A stretch of 64,000 bases of DNA from Octopus sinensis (taxonomy: Eukaryota): assembly GCF_006345805.1 (NCBI RefSeq), contig NC_043012.1, positions 48,794,001-48,858,000 on the forward strand, given 5' to 3'. Shown here piece by piece: positions 26,861 through 38,595 of this stretch. Both the position numbers and the translations under genes were made by a program. How positions within the stretch are numbered: the first letter of the stretch is position 1; each line of letters opens with the position of its first letter. The notes under the pieces are model-generated. The model did not search any database and was not told the origin of the DNA. It worked only from the letters and a program-made list of their open reading frames with translations.

Positions 26861-27462
26861 GTGTGTTAGTGTGATTTTTAAGCATGTGTGTGCATTAAAC
26901 AAATATTTTTTTATATATTTCCACTAGGTGAATGTATGTTTCTGGCACACAATCACATAAAGATATATATACATACATATGTTACTTTCATCAGCAGGCA
27001 CAGAACGAACTGCATAAAAATAGTTACTAGTTTCATATAAGCTGAAAGTTTCCATGAACTAGAACCCACAATAAGTATTGAACAGTCGAAATGCTTCGTT
27101 TTCAGATGCCACTTTGGGTGTACTTATTTGCAGTAAAGAGCTAGACAGTTCGAATATAATTTTAAATATCAGATAGCAGTTATTAGAATAATAATAAAAA
27201 TAAATATTTCTCAATTACAACGAAAGTCTTTTAGTGCGAAGTTCACCATAGTGTCTATGAATTAGAATATAATATCGAATTACATCCACTCCAAGGCTAT
27301 AATATAAAAATATGAAATAACGTAAATGAGATAACACATGAATATAAATCAAAGCATATATTAAAATAAATACATACAGATTTTTATATATTTCTTCTTT
27401 TACATAAATCTGTTCTAACAATCATATGCGCGAGTATACGTATGTGTATGTGTATTATATAT

Positions 27463-27545
<83 letters not shown>

Positions 27546-27648
27546 ATATGTATGTATGTATATATGTATGTATGTATATATATATGTATGTATATATGTA
27601 TGTATGATATATATATATGTATGTATAATATAGATGTACATACATACA

Positions 27649-27708
<60 letters not shown>

Positions 27709-27710
27709 CA
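26004..27710. repeat. Direct tandem duplication, ~855-bp unit
   Basis: 26004-~26810 is repeated at 26860-~27660, differing mainly by 1-bp indels and microsatellite length. Confidence 0.95.
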
Positions 27711-28344
27711 TACAAACACATATGCTCTGATCATTAGCAGATTCAAGCAGAACCGTATTAGAAAATTACTCGTTTGTATACGATGGTAATTTCTAAAACT
27801 GGAACTAGAAAATAGAATCTGCCTTAACGTTAGGCAATGTGAATGTGTGAGTGTGTGTGTGCTGTGCGTCTGTGTGTGATTGTGTGTATATATATGTATG
27901 TATGTGGGAGGGTAGGGGAGAAAATGAGTGAGAGAGAGAGAAAGAGTCCATGTATATTGAGAATCCTCTTTCAAACATTTAATGAGCGCAAAACTATGTC
28001 CGTATTCGATGGGTTTTATTAGAGATTTCGCGTATTTCCTTATTAGTCTCAATGCCTAGTTTGGAACATATTAACATCTCTATATCAATTAGTCAATGTG
28101 TTTTGAAACTATTTAAACTCTATCCTCTGTATGAAATGATTGTAGAAAGGCATATCTCCGTGCACTTTGCGTTGGGCTGCAAAGGATCAGTTCGTTCTAA
28201 ACAAAAGAGCCCCGGAACGTTAATGGACTAATAGAAGTAGGAACGCTAATGTTCAAGACTGAATATAAAGGATGAAGAAGTGGATCGGACTCGAGCAGTG
28301 GAGTCCATGTAATCGACTTATTCCTCCCACTTTGCCTTCTGGCA

Positions 28345-28384
28345 AAATTTGGTGCTATTATTATATATTATCATTATTATTATT

Positions 28385-28422
<38 letters not shown>

Positions 28423-28463
28423 TATTATTATTATTATATTATTATATTATTATTATCAGCATC

Positions 28464-28494
<31 letters not shown>

Positions 28495-28589
28495 TATTAT
28501 TATTATTTATTATTATTATTATCATCATCATCATCATATCATCATCATCATCATCATTCATCATTATCATCATTATATTATTATTATTA

Positions 28590-28622
<33 letters not shown>

Positions 28623-28760
28623 TATTATCATTATTATTATTATTACTATTACTATTACTATTATTATATATTATTATTATCATTATTATTGTTATTATTA
28701 TATTATCATTATTATTATTATTATTTTATACTATTACTATTATTATTATTATTATTATTA

Positions 28761-28791
<31 letters not shown>

Positions 28792-28955
28792 CATTATTAT
28801 TATTATTACTATTACTATTACTATTATTATTATTATTATATTATCATTATTATATATTATTACTATTACTATTACTATTACTATTATTATTATTATATTA
28901 TTATTATTATCATTATTATTATTATTATTACTTTACTATTCTCTTATTATTATTA

Positions 28956-28996
<41 letters not shown>
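28345..28996. repeat. (ATT)n/(ATC)n microsatellite
   Basis: Source of the 386-aa and 250-aa spurious ORFs. Confidence 0.97.
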
Positions 28997-29007
28997 TCGT
29001 TTTACAC

Positions 29008-29200
29008 TTTACTCTTTTACCTGTTTCAGTCATTTGACTGCGGCCATGCTGCAGCACCGCCTTTATTCGAGCACATCGAACCTAGGGCTTATTCTTTTTA
29101 AGACCAGTCTCTTTTGCCGAACCGCTAAGTTACGGGGACGTAAAAACACCAGCATCGGTTGTCAAGCGATGTTGGGGGGACAACACAGACACACAAACGT

Positions 29201-29265
<65 letters not shown>

Positions 29266-29430
29266 TACGACGGGCTTTTTTCAGTTTCCGTCTACCAAAT
29301 CCACTCACAAGGCTTTGGTCGGGTCGAAGCTATAGTAGAAGACACTTGCTCAAGGTGCCACGCAGTGGGACTGAACTCGGAACGATGTGGCTCGTAAGCA
29401 AGCTACTTACCACACATCCATACCTGCGCT
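29008..29430 (-). mobile_element. SINE family A, full length
   Basis: Reverse complement of the family A consensus, with internal (TA)n. Confidence 0.9.
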
Positions 29431-29441
29431 AGTTATTATTA

Positions 29442-29510
<69 letters not shown>

Positions 29511-29517
<7 letters not shown>

Positions 29518-30030
29518 TTTTGTTTTCTCTCACTTTTGCTTTCATTTCTTACCGAGTGTCCTCTCGACATCTAAGGCAAAGAAGCTCACTGTATGCATTG
29601 GTAGGCCATTAAAAAAGCAAGTTTGTTCAGTTATAAAGTCAAGTTACGTGATAGAAAAAAAAGGGAAGAAAGTAAGAAAAGAGGTAAAAAATAAATATAG
29701 AAAAAAAGAAAGAAAATAAAAGGGCAAAAGGAAATAAAATTCACTGCGGCGATGCCCTTTTGAATACGCGTTAAAACAATCTTTTCCACTTCCTTCATGG
29801 ATGGTAAGCCAGAGATCATTCTCAAATAATTTTCAGCTCCTTTTTCGATCATTCCAAGTGCTCCTACAATTCTTGGTATTGTAACCGTCTTGAGACGCTA
29901 TATTTTTTCGATTTCAATCAGTATATCTTTATATTTTCTGAGTTTATCAAATTCTTTCACGGAAATATTATGATCTTATATTTTCTGAGCTTATCAAATT
30001 CTTTTGCCGGGATATGATGATTTTATAACA
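29511..30030 (-). mobile_element. R4/Dong-like non-LTR retrotransposon 3' end
   Basis: Minus translation DKLRKYKDILIEIEKI*RLKTVTIPRIVGALGMIEKGAENYLRMISGLPSMKEVEKIVL (restriction-like endonuclease C-terminus), then a 3' UTR running into (TAAA)n/(TAA)n at 29430-29520. Confidence 0.75.
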
Positions 30031-30063
30031 CGAAATCATTATTAATTATTTATTTATTTATTT

Positions 30064-30358
30064 ATGCGCCCTTTTCAAGTCTAACCAGGCTAATGGGCCC
30101 GGTTTTCCGGTTTCTATGGCGTATGTGTTCCCCTCAGCTGGACGGGACGCCAGTCCATCGCAGCATTACTCAAGAAACAGGAAGAAAGAGTGAGAGAAAG
30201 CTGGAGCGAAAGAATATGACAGGGAACACCACCATCCCCTGCCGGAACCTCGTGGAGACTTTTAGGTGTTTTCGCTCAATAAACACACACAACGCCCGGT
30301 CTGGGAATCGAAACAGCGATCCTCCAACCGCGAGTCCGCTGCCCTAACCACTGGGCCA
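30064..30358 (-). mobile_element. SINE family E head with D-type tail
   Basis: Head tggcccagtggttagggcagcggactcgc as at 54431 and 59343; tail as at 21394. Confidence 0.85.
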
Positions 30359-31514
30359 TAATACTCTGCACAAACATAAATCTATATTATATGTGTATAT
30401 GTGAGTATTTGTGTATTACAGATTACATTATACTAGATGGATATTGTGCAACTTCCCTTTGCACCATATGAATCAAATAATAATGCCAAATCATGCATCG
30501 AAAGAATCATACAAATAAATACCATCGGTATTGTACTTTAGAGACTGGCCATTTCCTGTTATGCACAATGCTGTGTGATGAAGGACAAGTAACTTATTGT
30601 TACTTTGCTGTTAGTGCGCACGTATCAACAATAGAATTTATTCAAATGGGTACTTATAGGCGCATACATATAAGTCTGCAGCAACTTCTGCTTTTGAGTG
30701 TTCATGCAAATGAGTCTGCATAAATGTCTGGGCTATTCTGAAGAGGTGAGTACATATACTCGTTTATGTTTGTTTGTATAGGAGTGAGTCTATATAGAAA
30801 TGATCGTATGAGCGCATGAATTTGCAATAAGGATTTATTTAATAACATGCTTCCAGTCAAAGGCAAACTGGAAAATTGTAAATATTTTTGATCCATATTG
30901 CGACGGAATGACGATGGTCTGTTCTGCTGAAATCTGCACGTGTAGGAAGAGATATTATTGCTCGTGCAAAATGATTTGTAATCTGGGATATGTTGCTGAC
31001 AGAGCAGAGAGAATTTTTGTGCTTGTGAGAATTTATGGCGGTGTTTGTTTTCGCAAAGCTGTATGTCTTTGTTAAATGAACTAGCTATAAGACTGTCTGG
31101 TTTGTATACATGAATCGAAGAGTAGTTAATCAAAACTTTTAAGTATGATTGTTGATACAATAGCACAATAACCATCGACTAGTTAAGGATCGCATCAATT
31201 AATTTACACGTCAAGTAAAATCCAGAATGCAATTACGCATTGCCAACCAAGTCACGATATGTAGTTGAGGAGAGATTCGCTGTATACCAAAGTAGTTGCA
31301 CTGTACAATTCATATCTTTATAGCGAGAACTAATTAAGCCGTAATTAATCATATTGTACAAGATATTTGTATATATTTATTCATAACAGTGTTGATGCGG
31401 TAGCTTAATATGTGTGTGCGTGTGCGTATGCGCACGTATATCAGTATGTATTAATGCGCAAATGTATATATATATATATATGTGTATGTGTGTGTGTGTA
31501 TATGTATATATATA

Positions 31515-31590
<76 letters not shown>

Positions 31591-31723
31591 TCGGGGTGAG
31601 TACTTGTTAATTATAAGCACTGTGTAACCGTTTGGTGGTGTAGGTGGTGGAGTAAATTGATCAAAATAAAAACATGATGCCAAGGATTGAATCCTTGGCA
31701 TCATGTTTTTATTTTGATCAATT

Positions 31724-31805
<82 letters not shown>

Positions 31806-31816
31806 TGTAGTATATA

Positions 31817-31859
<43 letters not shown>

Positions 31860-32035
31860 CAAATAAGAAAATGGAGAAACAAATTTAGTTTGTTCATCAA
31901 TTTTCGGATATTATAACGTTGGATTATTTATTCATTTAACAAAATGAGAACCTCAATAGCATAATATATATCTTATATTTCAATATATATAAGATAAGAA
32001 TACAAATTATAAAAGTCATGATATAAATTATTAAA

Positions 32036-32179
32036 ATCACTTCTTACAGCTGTTTCAGCCTATGGCTAAAAGTAGTTAATTCTATTTTTATTGCCTATAG
32101 GTGTCAACATACTGAGGTTGTAGACATTTAAAAATAGGGTACTTATATATATAACCATAGGCCTCATCAGAGGTTATAA
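32036..32179 (-). ncRNA. Hammerhead-like motif, family B (long loop II)
   Basis: Minus strand: CTGATGA-GGCCTATGGTT...AGCCATAGGCT-GAAA-C(AGCT)G-TA-AGAAG. Confidence 0.6.
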
Positions 32180-32292
32180 GGAACTTTTAAAATATTACTA
32201 TTAATATATTGTTCATATTTTTTAATATATATTAAATAATACGTGTATCATGTTTAATGTATTACTATTAATATTAATATTTTTAAAGTTCC

Positions 32293-32435
32293 TTATAACC
32301 TCTGACGAGGCCTATGGTTATATATATAAGTACCATATTCTTAAATGCCTACAAGCTCAGTATGTTTACACCTATAAGCAATAAAATAAAATTAACTACT
32401 TTTAGCCATAGGCTGAAACAGCTGTAAGAAGTGAT
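32293..32435 (+). ncRNA. Hammerhead-like motif, family B (long loop II)
   Basis: CTGACGA 32302-32308; stem II 32309-32319 pairs with 32404-32414; GAAA 32415-32418; C(AGCT)G; GTA triplet ending 32426; stem I weak. Confidence 0.6.
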
Positions 32436-32799
32436 TTTAATGATTTCAATAAATTATATTATGAAGTTTATAATTTGTATTCTTATCTTATATGTATTGA
32501 ATTATAAGATGTATATGTATGCTATTGAGGTTCTCATTTTATTAAATGAATAAATAATCCAACATTATAATAACCGAAAGTTGATGAACAAACTAAATTT
32601 GTTTCTCCATTTTCTTATTTGTATTATAAATTTGCGGTAAAAATATTGCTTTACTTTCATCCGTTTAATACAATAAATGAGTTAATTGCATTGCAATTAA
32701 AAACATTTGTGTATTAAGAATATGGGTACTTTACTAACAGTATATTGGATAAATGCTATCCCATAGTGGGTTACACCCATAACCCCTATCTTACTTTGT

Positions 32800-32801
32800 A
32801 G

Positions 32802-32833
<32 letters not shown>

Positions 32834-32995
32834 CGTGCGTGCGTGTGTGTGTGTGTCTACCTATGTGTAATATATGTAACATATATAATACACACATTCA
32901 CTCACTCATTAAGACACCCATACACATATATACACACACTCACATACACATTTGTTTACATATATTAGTTTGTCTCTCACTCTTTCTCTCTCTCT

Positions 32996-33038
<43 letters not shown>

Positions 33039-33372
33039 CACGCCTTTGCTTTATACAAACATTTTAATTTAACTCAGAGCCGCGGCATTTAACATGAGAG
33101 AGCTCAATAAGAAATTCAAAATAAATTAAATTAGTCAGAGCTATGAATACGCCTATGTGAAATGTGGAACGGAAATTAAAGAATCTCGAATATACTATAC
33201 AAACTAGATATGTGTACCTTACCTGTAAATCCAGGACTCACTAATAACGTTTCTCTATGCAACTTAGCTATATATTACTGGCAGATAGACAGACAGACAC
33301 ACATCCACATATGTATACCTACCTGTATGCATGTAGAAGTGTATACACACATACATACATATATATATATAT

Positions 33373-33416
<44 letters not shown>

Positions 33417-33990
33417 CGTGCGTGCGTGAGTGTGTGTGTGTGTCTACCTATGTGTAATATATGTAACATATATAATACACACATTCACTCACTCATTAAG
33501 ACACCCATACACATATATACACACACTCACATACACATTTGTTTACATATATTAGTTTGTCTCTCACTCTTTCTCTCCTCTCCTTTATATATATATATAT
33601 ATATACCCACGCCTTTGCTTTATACAAACATTTAATTTAACTCAGAGCCGCGGCATTTAACATGAGAGAGCTCAATAAGAAATTCAAAATAAATTAAATT
33701 AGCCAGAGCTATGAATACGCCTATGTGAAATGTGGAACGGAAATTAAAGAATCTCGAATATACTATACAAACTAGATATGTGTACCTTACCTGTAAATCC
33801 AGGACTCACTAATAACGTTTCTCTATGCAACTTAGCTATATATTAGGCAGATAGACAGACAGACACATACACACATATGTGATACCTACCTGTATGCATG
33901 TTGAGAGTGTATAACCACACATACATACATATATATAATATATTATATATATATATATATATATAATATATATATGTGTGTGTGTGGGTG
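32800..33990. repeat. Direct tandem duplication, ~587-bp unit
   Basis: ctacctatgtgtaatatatg...gcagatagacagac starts at 32857 and again at 33444. Confidence 0.95.
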
Positions 33991-34158
33991 TGTGTGTGTG
34001 TGTGTGTGAGTGTGTCTATGTCTCAGTGTGTGTATCCCTATTTGCATTTGTGTGCATAACATTCGTTTCTTTTTAATAAATGATATCAATGAATTATGCT
34101 TGCCTGTTTGTGCTTATATACATTGTCTACCACACAACATTCTCTCTATCTTTCTGTG

Positions 34159-34210
<52 letters not shown>

Positions 34211-34230
34211 TATGTTATATACGTGTGTGT

Positions 34231-35395
34231 AGACACGCGCTGAGACTGCGACATCTCTGGCTCTATGTAGACGACGGTGAACAGGTGTGGTCGCCGTTTG
34301 TGAGGCACGCTTTCCCGCAGCTCGTCTCCATGACCGAACTGCAGTCGTGGATCAAAAAGAGGCCGAGGAAGGGCGAATGGCACCGCGAGTGTCGCGTTGC
34401 TCTCAAGCAACTCTGCCGTCCTGGGTCGACCTTAAGTGACTTCAACACAACCAAAGCATTCTATAGGGGTTTAGTGGAGGGGAGGTACGACGACGAGCTC
34501 GGGGCGAACCTGGACGTCGACGAGGAGTACCTGACCCGCCTGTTCGGGACGACTTTCGGCCAGGGCCCATGGACAACTTCCAGAGATCCCTGGCCTGGCA
34601 GTGCTACCGAGAAGCGCTACCCGTTCGGGATAAGCTCTACAGACACGGCTCGAGAAACACGGGCCGACCTGCCCGAGATGCGGTCAGAGCGACGAAACCG
34701 TTCTGCACGCACTCGTTCAGTGTCCAACAATTTCCGACCTGTGGGCTTATGTCGAACAACTGCTGTCACGTGTGGGACGAGTCGGTTTATCAGCTGAGTC
34801 TATCGTCAATATTGTCACGCCTCCTTCTTCAAACGGGCAGGAAGAGCTATTTCATCATCCTTGTGGCTATGGCGAAAGAATGTATCTGGTGGACGCGTCT
34901 GAAAGGATTGGAGACAAACACTTTCCTCTCTGGTCAATCTCTCATCAACTTCTTCAAGTACCACTTGAAAAGGAAAGTGAGAGAGAGAGAGGCAAGTTTT
35001 GTCTAGCGAATGTTTTAAAAAAAGATGGGTGAATGTAGCAAGAATGGCACGTATGAATGACGAAGCCACCTTGAGCATAGTCCTATGAACCCAGAAATCG
35101 AAAACAGAGAGTTGCTTATCTGCAAAAAAAAAAAAAAAAAAAAAAAAGAAATATAAAATGTGACTTCATTGACCGAGGTTACCGTGGTCTTTTCCGCAGG
35201 CTTTTCTTTCCACGGGTAAACCTCACCTGTCCTCCCCTTTACACTTCATATTGACATTTCTGTGATAACGATCCCTATTGATCATTTTTTTTTCCTCTCC
35301 CCCCCTTCTTTTTTTTTTTTTTTTTTTTTTTTTAACCCCCCTTATTTTTGTCCTCTTTCTCTCCTTTACGATCCCTTTTGATCGAACCTCCCCTT

Positions 35396-35428
<33 letters not shown>

Positions 35429-35503
35429 AATACCTTCAAAAGAAAAGCTCTACCTTGTAATTTTTTCTATCTGTGTGCAGCCCTGTGTGGCTAATAAAGA
35501 ACA

Positions 35504-35504
<1 letters not shown>
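34231..35504 (+). mobile_element. Tx1/L1-clade LINE, 5'-truncated: ORF2 C-terminus plus 3' UTR
   Basis: Frameshifted translation ...FQRSLAWQCYREALPVRDKLYRHG...TCPRCGQSDETVLHALVQCP...ILVAMAKECIWWTRLKG (zf-RVT / CCHC motif). Stop at 35086-35088, AATAAA at 35493, then (CTAT)n. GC content well above the flanks. Confidence 0.9.
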
Positions 35505-35596
<92 letters not shown>

Positions 35597-35764
35597 GTTT
35601 CTCTATCTATCTATCTATCTGTCTTTTTAATCTATCTGTCTATCTGTCTGTCTGCCTGTCTGTCTCTTTGTCAGTCTGTGTGTCTATCAGTCTGTTCAAT
35701 TGTCCGGCTTACTATGTTTACCTGTCTATTGCATCCCTCTTCCTCCATCCATCCATCTATCTAT

Positions 35765-35861
<97 letters not shown>

Positions 35862-35862
35862 C

Positions 35863-35899
<37 letters not shown>

Positions 35900-35910
35900 C
35901 CTGCCTATCA
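35505..35910. repeat. (CTAT)n/(CTGT)n microsatellite
   Basis: Direct reading. Confidence 0.97.
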
Positions 35911-36344
35911 ATCAATTCTGTTAGTCAGGTAGTAATTTCTATCCCACATGTTTTCATTAGTACAATAGGTAATACTATTCTCTTCTATTCATTAACCAAC
36001 GAGCCGACTCCTTTGAATATTCAAGTCTCCGTTGTAATCTTTATTAATGACAGTAGTACAAATCACATCACCTTAACATATACGCCACTTCTACGATATA
36101 TAATTACAACTGGATAGTACTAATTGCCACTTTTAATACTAATTACTGTCGATTTTAATTAAGCCGTTTTGACGCAATTACGAAGTACAACAATAGTTTG
36201 CTGGAGATTTCAATTTCTTGTAGAAGATAACTGATGAGCCGTGTGGGATTCTGTCAGCCAGGTTTAGTGCCAGAGACACTACTTCCTTAACAATCTATCA
36301 TGAGTTTAGAGTCCAAGGTAAGACAGCGCGATTGTTGTATCATT

Positions 36345-36560
36345 TATCTTTTACTCGTTTCAGTTATTGAACAGCGGCCATGCTGGGTCACCACCTTGAA
36401 TGATTTAGTCGAACAATTACCGCCCAACCCCACCAGTACTTATGATTCAAGTGTGGTAACTATTCTGTCGGTTTCTCTTGCCAAACACCGCTAAAATACG
36501 GGGACGTAAACAAACTAGCATCAGTTGTTAAGTGGTGAGCGGGGGTCAAACGCAGACGCC
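36345..36560 (-). mobile_element. SINE family A, 3' half
   Basis: ttttactcgtttcag...gcggccatgctggg...cggggacgtaaac. Confidence 0.7.
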
Positions 36561-36595
36561 ATGATACGCACAAGCATATACATGCATATATATAT

Positions 36596-36669
<74 letters not shown>

Positions 36670-36696
36670 TTTATTTAAAGCAGCAGAAAATTCAAC

Positions 36697-36743
36697 AAAA
36701 CCTGTTACTCTGAGTTTCACGTTGCCGTTCGTCGGACAGTTTT
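36697..36743 (-). ncRNA. Hammerhead-like motif, family A
   Basis: Exact reverse complement of 36753-36799. Confidence 0.7.
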
Positions 36744-36752
36744 TTCTCAGCA

Positions 36753-36799
36753 AAAACTGTCCGACGAACGGCAACGTGAAACTCAGAGTAACAGGTTTT
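36753..36799 (+). ncRNA. Hammerhead-like motif, family A (type I, U4C core)
   Basis: Stem I AAAACTGT/ACAG(G)TTTT; core CCGACGA; stem II ACG/CGT with a GCAA tetraloop; GAAA; near-palindromic stem III CTCAGAG; GTA cleavage triplet ending 36790. Confidence 0.7.
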
Positions 36800-36896
36800 G
36801 TTGAATTTCTGCTGCTTTAAATAAAGCATATTACTCTACCACTGGTATTTGAGTACTCTTTTTCCACCTTGTTTCACATTTATGTGTTTACTCCGG

Positions 36897-36929
<33 letters not shown>

Positions 36930-36997
36930 TATATATATATACCTGAGTAAACACGTAAATATTCACGTTCCCGTACGTCGGACAGTTTTTTTTCAAC

Positions 36998-37044
36998 AAA
37001 ACTGTCCGACGAACGGGAACATGAAACTCCGAGTAACAGATTTT
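36998..37044 (+). ncRNA. Hammerhead-like motif, family A (one stem II mismatch)
   Basis: AAAACTGT-CCGACGA-ACG(GGAA)CAT-GAAA-CTCCGAG-TA-ACAGATTTT. Confidence 0.6.
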
Positions 37045-37768
37045 GTTGAATTTCTGCTGCTTTTAAATAAACCATATTACTCTACCCCTGGTATTTGAGT
37101 ACTCTCTTTTTTCCACCTTGTTTCACATTTTACAATCAAGCATAACGAATGTGTATTCCTCTCATCAGTTGCCAAACGGGATCGCTATGGTTTCGACACT
37201 GAGACAGGACCAATGAATCCGGTGGTGTCAACAGCATTAAAAATATAAACACTGCCTAGGAATCCACCAGCTTCTTACTAAAAGTAACAGCAAAATAAAC
37301 AGTGTCAATTTACAGTTACAAAATAGTACTTATAAAACAAAGAAATTATACCAAAACACGGTCATAGATTGCTATATATTTTGTTTTTCAATCTACATCA
37401 CAACATAAACATGATATCACACCAAAAAGAAGACTAATAAAGATTAGTTGGAAAGTATAACTCACAAACAACCCCTCGAACAATATACAAGGAAAAAGAC
37501 TGACTTGGATCAATATCGACGAAATATATTCAATACTATAAAATATATTAAGCAAATATGTTGATTGCTGAAATAAAATATAAAAAATAAATTAGAATTT
37601 AGTTAAATTAAATAAAATTAGAATTTAGTTAAATTAAATAAAAAAATATACCTAAATGAACACACACACACATACACACACACACACAGATATATTACTA
37701 AAACAATTAACTAATAACATGTCCTATCTACAAATGGACTAAATAAATCCATTATTAATTAAACGGCC

Positions 37769-37978
37769 AAGGCGGCGATCTAGTAGAATCATAAGCACGC
37801 TGGACGAAATGCTTAGCGGTATTTCGCCCGTCGCTACGCTCTGAGCTCAAATTCCGTCGAGGTCAACTTTGCCTTCATCCTTTCGGGGTCGATAAATTAA
37901 TTACCAGTAAAACACTAGTAATTGCCTAGTCTCCTTGTCTCCCCACCACCCAAATTTCAGGCCTTATGCCTTTAGGAT
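37769..37978 (+). mobile_element. SINE family B
   Basis: ggcggcgatctagtagaatc...gagctcaaattccgtcgaggtcaactttgcc. Confidence 0.85.
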
Positions 37979-38027
37979 TATTAATTAAACAGCCAGCATG
38001 CTCGTTACTTGGGAACTCAGATTACAC

Positions 38028-38098
<71 letters not shown>

Positions 38099-38265
38099 AT
38101 AATAATAATATAATAATAATAATAATAATAGGGAGAATATCCAAACTTACAGGGAAAAATTAGATTTAGGATTAAATCAAATTTCACACTATAAATATAA
38201 TATAATAGTGGTATTGTCTCTAATTTAATATATATACACATACATACATACATACATACTTACAA

Positions 38266-38296
<31 letters not shown>

Positions 38297-38595
38297 TATA
38301 TATATAAATACACATACATATATACATACACACACACACACATTATATAAATAAAATTAAAGTCAGAGTGACCACATGGTGGACTCTCTCTTATTGTTTT
38401 GTATATATATATATATATTTCATTCAGATAAGTTACATAGGCATGAAACGATCGTAAGAATTCTTATACATCTTATTCACTATTGTACATTCCTATTCTC
38501 ATCATTTACGTTGTAATACAATTCTGTATGTCAATATATTTCTTGTTGTGACTATTCCAAATATATTTATTCCATTCCCTCTTATATTCTTATAT

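Larger units (their letters stand above)
31853..32628. mobile_element. ~775-bp fold-back element (inverted arms ~340 bp)
   Basis: 31853-~32200 is the reverse complement of ~32270-32628 at roughly 85-90% identity by eye; left flank is (TA)n. Confidence 0.95.
36669..37135. mobile_element. Hammerhead-bearing small element: 158-bp palindrome plus a direct repeat at 245-bp spacing
   Basis: 36669-36826 is a near-perfect palindrome; 36753-36890 is repeated at 36998-37135; (TA)n on the left and between copies. Confidence 0.9.

Noticed and set aside
30702-31175. 157-aa minus ORF and a Cys-rich plus frame at ~30810-31075
   Set aside because: No recognisable motif; a faint PIF1-like FVIWD string is interrupted by stops and too weak to call.
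37160-37197. GAAA...CTGATGA on the minus strand as a type II hammerhead
   Set aside because: Stem II has only 2 bp and there is no valid U-H cleavage site.
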